Shown in pieces: positions 1-7,033 of a stretch of 10,913 nucleotides of DNA. Under the pieces are notes generated by a model. It searched no databases, was not told the origin of the DNA, and worked only from the letters and a program-made list of their open reading frames with translations. Origin of the DNA: Promethearchaeota archaeon (GTDB lineage: Archaea; Asgardarchaeota; Lokiarchaeia; Sigyniarchaeales; SOKP01); assembly GCA_016840085.1 (NCBI GenBank), contig JAEOTA010000089.1:1-10913 (forward strand), given 5' to 3'. The translations under genes and the position numbers were made by a program. Within the stretch, counting starts at the first letter, position 1; each line of letters starts with the position of its first letter.

Positions 1-386
1 AAGTGAGATATCTTCATCCTCATCTATTCAATTATTTTCGAAATGTTATAGCATTGAGGGCAACTGATGCGAGAGATATTGCAGTATTAAAAAACCAGAT
101 GAACTTACAAGAATTACAAGGAACAGGTTATTATAGTTCTAAACGAAATAATACTTACCAAATTGATTACTTAATGAACATGAAAGATGACGAAATAATT
201 GTGAAAAGAAAAGATATTTATCAGCCTTTTCCAGGAATAATACATTATGATAAACTGATTACTACAAATCTTTTCACACATGAGGAAATATTAGCCTATA
301 TGGAAAATCAAGGATATAGATTAAGATTATCAGAGAAAAAAGTCTTAGATAGAGCTAAAAAGACTATTTTTGAAAAAGCATATTGA
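1..386 (+). CDS. C-terminal part of a probable HerA/VirB4/FtsK-superfamily P-loop ATPase-like protein (5'-truncated by the window edge)
   Basis: The frame is open from the window edge. The pattern (xAA)-VRYLHPHLFNYFRNVIALRATDARDIAVLKNQMNL...IDYLMNMKDDEIIVKRKDIYQPFP resembles the segment after the Walker-B/'TQ' motif of HerA/VirB4/TraG-type ATPases ('Q.p..l...v..n....i.fr.....D...l...l.l....l..L..ge.iv......pf'). Walker A/B motifs are not in the window, so this rests on pattern resemblance only. Confidence 0.5.
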   Translation, partial: VRYLHPHLFNYFRNVIALRATDARDIAVLKNQMNLQELQGTGYYSSKRNNTYQIDYLMNMKDDEIIVKRKDIYQPFPGIIHYDKLITTNLFTHEEILAYMENQGYRLRLSEKKVLDRAKKTIFEKAY

Positions 387-2277
387 GAAGTCAACAGACC
401 AAGAGATCTCTAAAAAAATTAAAGAAGAACTACAATTTTTAATTCACCAGTACACCAATAACAATAAGCTTTTAATTAAGCATTTAAAAGAGCAAAATCC
501 GAGATTTGATGATTTTTTTAAAGAATTAAAACGTTCTCTAGCAATCTATAAGGAATATAAACGTAGACACTATGAAAAAAGTTTAATTCCTGAAGGAAAA
601 GGAGTAGTAAAAAAAATAGCTCATCAATTAGTTGAAATACAAAAGAACTACATTTTACAACAAATTTTTAATGAAAATAACCCTGATGTTCAAAATTTAA
701 AGGAGATTTTAAAGGAGAATTTATATAACAATACAATTTTGACCTTAAAAGAAAAAGCAACAATAATAAAAAGCATTCGAAAAGATAAGCTTAATGAAGA
801 AGATAAAAACAAGCTTATATCTGTTTTGAGCAAACTTCCAACAGATGATTTAATTTCTTTATTAGGAAAAGAATATTTCAAGCAAGTCAATTGGCACGAA
901 ATTTCTGATAATTGGGTAATTCAAGTGTATACCGGTACAGGATATAAGACAATTACATTAAATCCTTATCAAGATTGCTCAAAATCAAATCCTCTATACA
1001 TGCATGAAAAGTGGCTAGAATGGGTTTATAACAATAAAGAGTTAAATTTGAATGATCTATCGATAGCTGAAATATGTGGTTTAAACAATAAGACAATCGG
1101 TAATTGGCGTAAAAAATTTAATATTTCAACAAAAATAGTTGGTCATTATTTCAAGAAAGGTTATAAATTTTTAAATATGCCAAAAGAATATAAACACCCT
1201 GAATTAAACCCAATGGGTGATAAAAAAGTTTATAGAGCAGAACATATTATTATGATGGAGGAATATCTCAATAAAACACTTACTCTTAAAGAATTATCTC
1301 TTCACCCTTGTTTAATTAAAAATGATGGTAAATATTATATTAAAAAAAGTTGTGTTGTGCATCACAAAAATCATATTCGTCTGGACAATATAATCAAAAA
1401 TCTGTGGTTGTATAAAAATAAACATGAACATAGTAACTCAAACATTAATATGTGTTTTAGTGACTTGATCAAGCTAGGTCAAATTTTATTTACCAAAGGT
1501 GTTTATTATTTAAATCGTGGTTATGATTACAGGAATTTAAAACCCGAAGAAATTGATAAAGTACGGAAACAAAACGCGTTTGTTGATTATGAAAATTTGG
1601 ATTTGGTGAGAAAAACAATTAAAAATATGGACTGGTCGAGTACGAGTATGAACTGGGATATTGAATATCAAATAAGAAATAATGCTCCGATTGAAAAAAT
1701 ACACCTTAATCCTAATAAGATTTGTTCAAAAGAGAATCCACTATATCGACACAGAGGATGGGTTGAGCGTGTTGTTCGCGATAAGAGATTCTTTCTAACA
1801 GATCGTAGATTAAGTGCATTATGTGGGATTTCAGAAAGATCAGCACGTAGATGGCGTTGGGAGAAATTTAATATTCCAGCAGAGTATTGGGGTTTTGATA
1901 GGTATATAGGTGTAAATAGCAGTGGTAAAAAGATAATTTTTAAGAAGGTGTCCAAAGATTATGGAAATCCTTTTGCCGTAGAAAAAGTAAATTCTGCTAT
2001 AATGCAGGAAAATCGTTATATCATGGAACAGCATTTGGCACAAGATTCCGAATTAAATAAGAAATATCTCATTAATGGCAAGTATTTAAAACCAGAATAT
2101 CTTGTTCATCATATTAACCTCGACAATTTGGACAATAGGTTAGAAAACCTTTATCTATGTAAAAATCATTCTGAACACAATAGGATTCACTCTTCGTTAA
2201 TTAAACTTATTGATGAGTTATTAGGATTAGGACTAATGATTTTCGATAATGGAAAATATTTTTTGGCGTGCCCATAA
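370..2277 (+). CDS. Tandem-duplicated HTH-HNH (HNH_3-like) endonuclease protein with a ~170-aa helical N-terminal region
   Basis: 635-aa ORF with a TTG start (first ATG only at aa 211). Two HNH motifs: YRAEHIIMMEEYL...VVHHKNHIRLDNIIKNLWLYKNKHEHSNSN (aa 288-358) and MQENRYIMEQHL...LVHHINLDNLDNRLENLYLCKNHSEHNRIH (aa 545-607). Each is preceded by an HTH-like segment (LNDLSIAEICGLNNKTIGNWRKKFNI; LTDRRLSALCGISERSARRWRWEKFNI). Confidence 0.85.
   Translation: MKKHIEKSTDQEISKKIKEELQFLIHQYTNNNKLLIKHLKEQNPRFDDFFKELKRSLAIYKEYKRRHYEKSLIPEGKGVVKKIAHQLVEIQKNYILQQIFNENNPDVQNLKEILKENLYNNTILTLKEKATIIKSIRKDKLNEEDKNKLISVLSKLPTDDLISLLGKEYFKQVNWHEISDNWVIQVYTGTGYKTITLNPYQDCSKSNPLYMHEKWLEWVYNNKELNLNDLSIAEICGLNNKTIGNWRKKFNISTKIVGHYFKKGYKFLNMPKEYKHPELNPMGDKKVYRAEHIIMMEEYLNKTLTLKELSLHPCLIKNDGKYYIKKSCVVHHKNHIRLDNIIKNLWLYKNKHEHSNSNINMCFSDLIKLGQILFTKGVYYLNRGYDYRNLKPEEIDKVRKQNAFVDYENLDLVRKTIKNMDWSSTSMNWDIEYQIRNNAPIEKIHLNPNKICSKENPLYRHRGWVERVVRDKRFFLTDRRLSALCGISERSARRWRWEKFNIPAEYWGFDRYIGVNSSGKKIIFKKVSKDYGNPFAVEKVNSAIMQENRYIMEQHLAQDSELNKKYLINGKYLKPEYLVHHINLDNLDNRLENLYLCKNHSEHNRIHSSLIKLIDELLGLGLMIFDNGKYFLACP
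883..1512 (+). repeat. Intragenic protein repeat unit 1 (aa ~172-381) of the HNH protein
   Basis: Aligns by eye with unit 2: VNWHEISDNWVI/MDWSSTSMNWDI, ITLNPYQDCSKSNPLYMHEKW/IHLNPNKICSKENPLYRHRGW, VVHHKN..LDNIIKNL/LVHHIN..LDNRLENL, LIKLGQILFTKGVYYL/LLGLGLMIFDNGKYFL. The period is 249 aa at the NPLY motif. Confidence 0.9.
1624..2265 (+). repeat. Intragenic protein repeat unit 2 (aa ~419-632) of the HNH protein
   Basis: See unit 1. The DNA is diverged at synonymous sites (tgctcaaaatcaaatcctctatac at 976 vs tgttcaaaagagaatccactatat at 1723), which indicates an old duplication. Confidence 0.9.
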
Positions 2278-2310
2278 TTTGTCAATTAATATTTTATATT
2301 ATTCTTACTA

Positions 2311-3342
2311 TTAACAATATCGATTTTTTAAATAATCAATAATTCTATCTAAATTTTCTCCAGTTAAGGCGTTAGTTAAATATAAATCCTCATCTCTTAA
2401 ACTAAGTTTTCTTTTTAAATAATCAATTTCAGACGAACTGGAGAGGTCTTTTTTGTTAAATACAACAATCATTTCTATTTTTCCTTCTTTTGTAAAATTT
2501 TCTTTGATCTCTTTAAATAGTTTAATTTGTGAATCGACGGTATAGCCTGATGCGGGAGTAGGATCAAAAATGAAAAGGATTAAATCAGATATTAATCGTA
2601 GAGCTAAGATTGCCTGTAATTCGATACTATTTCTTCTTGAAATTGGTCTGTCTAATATCCCAGGAGTATCCATAATCTGGATTTTTATTGTATCAAAACG
2701 TCCTTCTATTGCTAAATGCCCTAATGCTAATTTCTTTGTAGTGAAGGGATATTCTTGAATTTCAACTTTTTTGTTCGTTGATATATTTTTTACAATGCTA
2801 CTTTTACCTACATTAGGATAACCTGCTACCACTATACATGGTGTCGTGTAATCAATTGAGGGAATTTCCCTCAATCGACCTCTGATATTATTTAGATATT
2901 CAAGATTTTTATTTTGTTTATTTATTATTGATGATATCCTCCCAAAAGCAGCTCTCCGTAATTGATCACCCTCTTTTGGAGATTCAATTCTGTTTAATTT
3001 ATTTAGATATTCTCTTTCAATTTTACTAAGAACGGGTAAAATTCCATTTAATTTACCAAGTGTTAACTTTAATTCATCAATATTGACTAAAATACAAGCT
3101 AGTTCTTTATAAAAATCAGGAATATCGTCTATTATTGGAACATGTTTAATAATATTAAGAATCCTATTTATGAGGGCATTAATAGCAACCTTTATTCGTT
3201 TTGATTCTTTTTTTTTTGCTTTGATGATAATCGGCGCATTTTTAGAAACTTGGGCGGAACTCTTCATAGCCCTTTTGAAAGCTATGTCTAATAACTCAGA
3301 AGATGAAGGTACATGATAAAATTCATCGAAAGGATTCTTCAT
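2311..3342 (-). CDS. nog1: NOG1-family (Obg-like TRAFAC) GTP-binding protein, archaeal type, probably involved in large ribosomal subunit biogenesis
   Basis: G1 GYPNVGKS, G2 YPFTT, G3 DTPG (DTPGILDRP..RN.IE.QAI.AL is typical of NOG1), G4 NKKD, G5-like TNALTG. It also has the NOG1-type N-terminal helical domain (ELLDIAFKRA...PDFYKEL...RRAAFGRISS). Confidence 0.93.
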   Translation of the reverse strand: MKNPFDEFYHVPSSSELLDIAFKRAMKSSAQVSKNAPIIIKAKKKESKRIKVAINALINRILNIIKHVPIIDDIPDFYKELACILVNIDELKLTLGKLNGILPVLSKIEREYLNKLNRIESPKEGDQLRRAAFGRISSIINKQNKNLEYLNNIRGRLREIPSIDYTTPCIVVAGYPNVGKSSIVKNISTNKKVEIQEYPFTTKKLALGHLAIEGRFDTIKIQIMDTPGILDRPISRRNSIELQAILALRLISDLILFIFDPTPASGYTVDSQIKLFKEIKENFTKEGKIEMIVVFNKKDLSSSSEIDYLKRKLSLRDEDLYLTNALTGENLDRIIDYLKNRYC

Positions 3343-3388
3343 AAAAGTTCAAAAACAATTTATTTAAGATGAAAAGATATATTTTTCT

Positions 3389-3919
3389 TCAAATTTTTGT
3401 CTTGATGAGAGATAACTTCTTCTCAATTTCCGAAATCTCATTTGATAAATTAATTATTTCAATTGGTATTGATCTATACAATTCTAAAACATATTCATAT
3501 CTCCCTATTGCTCTTGGATAGTTTCCTAATTTCTCTTCCCTTCTAGCTTTTTCAATCAATAATTTGATTTTTTCAAGTGTGGTTTTTACTTCAGAGGGGG
3601 GAACTTTCTGTTCTGCTAGCTGTCTTTCTTGATACCTTTGTTGTTCTGTTTCAACCTTCTTCACACGTTTATCAAATTGATCCTGACTTTTTGTTATTGC
3701 AATAGTACCTTGTTGTTCATGTTTAATCAAATTTTTTACTCTAACAATCCTTTGGTTGAGCATTCCGATTTTTCCTTGAAATCCTAGTTTTCTATAGATC
3801 TCTTTTGCTTCTTCTAATAAGGAAACTGATAGAATAAAATTTTTTTTATTAAATTCTTCTTTCGATTGTTTTTCTAGTCTTTCAGCTTCTTTTTCAATCT
3901 CATTAAAAGGTCCTGGCAT
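3389..3919 (-). CDS. Hypothetical all-alpha protein: two TPR/MIT-like helical hairpins joined by a charged coiled-coil linker
   Basis: AERLEKQSKEEFNKKNFILSVSLLEEAKEIYRKLG and LIEKARREEKLGNYPRAIGRYEYVLELYRSI fit TPR-like patterns, with a Q/E/K-rich middle. ATG at 3919 is preferred over TTG at 3928. It lies 46 bp upstream of nog1 on the same strand. Confidence 0.7.
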   Translation of the reverse strand: MPGPFNEIEKEAERLEKQSKEEFNKKNFILSVSLLEEAKEIYRKLGFQGKIGMLNQRIVRVKNLIKHEQQGTIAITKSQDQFDKRVKKVETEQQRYQERQLAEQKVPPSEVKTTLEKIKLLIEKARREEKLGNYPRAIGRYEYVLELYRSIPIEIINLSNEISEIEKKLSLIKTKI

Positions 3920-4080
3920 AAGTATCAAATTTTTGTTATAAAATAATATACTTTATCAAATAAGTTAATGATTTCGATAACAATAAAGATTCTAAAGATT
4001 AAAAATTTATTAAATTTAGGAGATTTAGTAAGTAAAACTTTTAAGCTGATTTAGATTAAAATCTCAAAATCAAATGATTA

Positions 4081-4090
4081 TTTTTATAGT
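4081..4090 (+). promoter_or_regulatory. Candidate archaeal TATA box for asd
   Basis: TTTTTATAGT lies about 25-33 nt upstream of the ATG at 4114, the spacing expected for a leaderless archaeal transcript. Weak in such an AT-rich background. Confidence 0.3.
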
Positions 4091-4113
4091 AAAAATAAAA
4101 TTGTGTGTTTTAA

Positions 4114-5202
4114 ATGAAAAAGTTAAAGATTGGCATCTTAGGCGCTACAGGAATGGTTGGTCAAAATTATATCAAATTACTACAAAATCATCCTTGGTTT
4201 GAAATAATTGATGTTGCCGCATCCCCTAGATCTGCAGGTAAACGTTTTAAGGAAGCTGTTAAGACAAAATGGCAAATGGCTATACCAATTCCAGAGGTAA
4301 TTGAGAATTTAATAGTAAGAGATGTTCAAGATTTTGATTCTATTAGTTCAAATTTAGATTTTGTATTTTCTGCAATAAATATGCCAACAAAAGACCAAAT
4401 TAAAGAAGTTGAATTTGAATATGCTCAAAGAGGAATCCCTGTTGTAAGTAATAATTCTGCTCATAGATGGACTCCTGATGTTCCAATGATAATTCCTGAA
4501 ATTAATCATAATCATATAGAGATAATACCACTCCAACAAAAAAACAGGGGTTTTTCTAAGGGTTTCGTTCTAGTTAAGCCAAACTGCTCACTTCAAAGCT
4601 ATCTTACACCCATTTATGCATTAGAAAGAGAAGGATATAAGATAGACAAATTAATAATAACCACTCTTCAAGCCGTTTCTGGTGCAGGATATCCGGGAGT
4701 AGCTTTTTTAGATATAGTAGACAATATAGTTCCGTATATTAGAGGAGAAGAAGAAAAAACAGAAAAAGAACCATTAAAAATTCTAGGAAAAATTGGTGAA
4801 AAGGGTATTATAAATGATGATTCCATTCAAATAAGCTCTACTTGTACCAGAGTTCCAGTCTCTGATGGCCATACAGCTTGTGTAAATTTGAAGTTTAAGG
4901 ATAAAAAACCGATTAAAGATGAGATAATTAAGATATGGAAAGAATTTAAATCAATACCACAAGAATTAGGTTTACCGTTCGCGCCAAAGCAACCAATACT
5001 TTATTTAGAACATATTGATAGACCTCAACCAAAGAAAGATAGAGATAATGATAAAGGAATGGCAATCACAGTTGGGAGATTACGAGAAGATAATATTTTT
5101 GATTTTAAGTTTGTAGCTTTAAGTCATAATACAATAAGAGGAGCTGCGGGTGGAGCCATTTTAAATGCGGAATTGTTAGTAGTGAAAGGGTTTATAAAAT
5201 AA
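4114..5202 (+). CDS. asd: Aspartate-semialdehyde dehydrogenase (archaeal/fungal-type 'asd_EA' architecture)
   Basis: Rossmann motif GILGATGMVG, AAS.RSAGK, SNNSAHR, catalytic Cys in KPNCS (C158), LQAVSGAGYPG, PYI.GEEEK, catalytic His in CTRVPVSDGH, and HNTIRGAAG. Confidence 0.95.
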   Translation: MKKLKIGILGATGMVGQNYIKLLQNHPWFEIIDVAASPRSAGKRFKEAVKTKWQMAIPIPEVIENLIVRDVQDFDSISSNLDFVFSAINMPTKDQIKEVEFEYAQRGIPVVSNNSAHRWTPDVPMIIPEINHNHIEIIPLQQKNRGFSKGFVLVKPNCSLQSYLTPIYALEREGYKIDKLIITTLQAVSGAGYPGVAFLDIVDNIVPYIRGEEEKTEKEPLKILGKIGEKGIINDDSIQISSTCTRVPVSDGHTACVNLKFKDKKPIKDEIIKIWKEFKSIPQELGLPFAPKQPILYLEHIDRPQPKKDRDNDKGMAITVGRLREDNIFDFKFVALSHNTIRGAAGGAILNAELLVVKGFIK

Positions 5203-5602
5203 ATTGTTAGCGTAGTGGCACACTCCAATAAACACCTTAAATTATCTCCACTTATCTTTAATATATCATTAAAATCTTTTTCGTGTTTTAATAATCTACT
5301 TGTAAATTTTATTAATAATATAATATTGCTAGGGGAACAACACTATTCATTAAAAAATGCAATTGTTTCTAGAATTTAAAAAGTGTGTCAATACAATTCT
5401 TATTTCAGATTTATAATAAAAATTAAAATTTAGAATTATATAGTTCATTGATAATTAACTTAAGTATGAATAGAAAAATAAATTATTTAGAGAAAAATAT
5501 TAAAAACACATATTAGTGGGTTATAGAAAAAATAATAAAAAAATCCAAATTATATAAAAAGAAGGAATTAGAATTTGTAGCTAAAAATGAGATGTTCAAT
5601 TA

Positions 5603-6973
5603 ATGGATGAAAAACAAATAATTCATGTTTTACATGAAATTGTAGGGAATGATTTTGTGTCAAACCGACCAGAGGAACTTTTTATATATTCCCAAGATTC
5701 GGGAGCTTCAGAGCCGAGATCTGTCGATTATGTTGTTATGCCCCAAAATATAATTGAAGTTCAAAAGATAGTAAGACTAGCAAATAGGGAAAAAATCCCG
5801 ATAACTCCAATGGGCGGTGGTTTAACACTTAGTGGGTTAGCTATCCCGGTGAAAAAAGGTATTGTCATGGACATGAAAAGGATGGATAAAATTATTGAAA
5901 TTAATGAATTTAGCCGTTATGCGGTATTAGAAGCAGGAGTAACAACTGGAAAAATCAAAGCTTATTTAGATGAAAATCACCCCGATTTACAACCTCCTAT
6001 TCCAGACGCACCGCCTTCTGTCACAGTTGCAGGAAATATGTTAATACATGGTTCTGGGTATTTATCTCAAAAATACGGATGCCATTCTTCTTTGATTAAT
6101 GGTCTTGAAGTTGTAATATCCACCGGAGAAATATGCAGGTTTGGTTCTTGTGCCGTTTCAGATTATTGGTTTTCAAAGGGGCCTATTCCTGATTTAATTG
6201 GGTTATTCACAAGCGCTTTCGGAACAATGGGTATTATCACTAAAATATCCATTAAATTATTTCCAAAGCCAAAATTTAGGGATCTAGTTTTTGGTTTTCT
6301 TGAGGGTTTCTTAGATTTACCAAAAATTATGTCTAAAATAACTTTTACTGAATTAGCTGAAGATATTATGATCGGAAAAAGTGATGTCCAAGAGGCCTTC
6401 AAAAATTTCGCATCCTTAATGGTTTATATTGTTGGAAATTCGAAAGAAGAACTAAACTTTAAGAGAAAGACTATAGAACAGATTTTCGAAGAATATGATG
6501 CTCGAGTTGCACCCCTTTCAGGGAGAATTAGGGATATAATGATGTCACAACCACAATATGGAGCTGCATTAGCAGCAGATTGGAAGAAAGGTGGTGGATT
6601 TGAATATGTTGGGTCGTTTATACCATTAGAAAAAATTCCAGAGGCCATTGAAAAAGGCACAAAAATATCTAAAAAATATGGACTTATTCCTTCTCTTCTC
6701 TGTAGGTTAATTGGTAGAGGTCATGCGGTCATGTTTTCTGTAACTTTTCCTTTTAATCGTGCAAACCCTAAAGATATGATAAATACAAGGAAAGGATTGG
6801 AGGAAACTAATAAAATGATATTGGAAATAGGGGGAATTCCTTGGAAATCAGAATTAGGAGGTCAAAAATTAATAATGGAGAAAATGGATCCCAACTTTAA
6901 AAAAATATTTAAGAATATTCGAAATATATTTGATCCCAACGGAATTATGAATCCGGGGAACTGGGATGATTAG
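5603..6973 (+). CDS. FAD-linked oxidoreductase, VAO/PCMH superfamily (FAD_binding_4 + FAD-oxidase_C; GlcD/D-lactate dehydrogenase-like), substrate unknown
   Basis: Motifs VVMP...EVQKIVRLAN, PMGGGLTLSG, MDMKRMDKIIEI, EAGVT, TVAGN, GLEVV..TGEI, GPIPDL.GLF..AFGTMGIITK and C-terminal FDPNGIMNPG. Confidence 0.9.
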   Translation: MDEKQIIHVLHEIVGNDFVSNRPEELFIYSQDSGASEPRSVDYVVMPQNIIEVQKIVRLANREKIPITPMGGGLTLSGLAIPVKKGIVMDMKRMDKIIEINEFSRYAVLEAGVTTGKIKAYLDENHPDLQPPIPDAPPSVTVAGNMLIHGSGYLSQKYGCHSSLINGLEVVISTGEICRFGSCAVSDYWFSKGPIPDLIGLFTSAFGTMGIITKISIKLFPKPKFRDLVFGFLEGFLDLPKIMSKITFTELAEDIMIGKSDVQEAFKNFASLMVYIVGNSKEELNFKRKTIEQIFEEYDARVAPLSGRIRDIMMSQPQYGAALAADWKKGGGFEYVGSFIPLEKIPEAIEKGTKISKKYGLIPSLLCRLIGRGHAVMFSVTFPFNRANPKDMINTRKGLEETNKMILEIGGIPWKSELGGQKLIMEKMDPNFKKIFKNIRNIFDPNGIMNPGNWDD

Positions 6974-7033
6974 TAGAAAATTATAAGAATAAAATAATTT
7001 TATATTTTGGTATAAAGAAGGTTATATGAATTT

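Noticed and set aside
690-2043. Minus-strand ORFs 690-890, 1668-1955 and 1840-2043 as possible antisense immunity genes for the nuclease
   Set aside because: They lie fully inside the HNH gene and have the F/L/I/S-rich composition typical of antisense shadows of Lys/Glu-rich genes, with no motifs.
370-2277. HNH protein as Cas9/IscB-like, or as intron- or intein-encoded
   Set aside because: There are no RuvC motifs, CRISPR repeats or structured ncRNA space, no intein splice motifs (C/S start, HN end), and no interrupted host gene resuming downstream.
3208-3217. T10 (A10 on the coding strand) homopolymer in nog1 as a phase-variation site
   Set aside because: The frame is intact and encodes AKKKE in a basic helix of a probably essential gene. 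Such runs are expected at this AT content.
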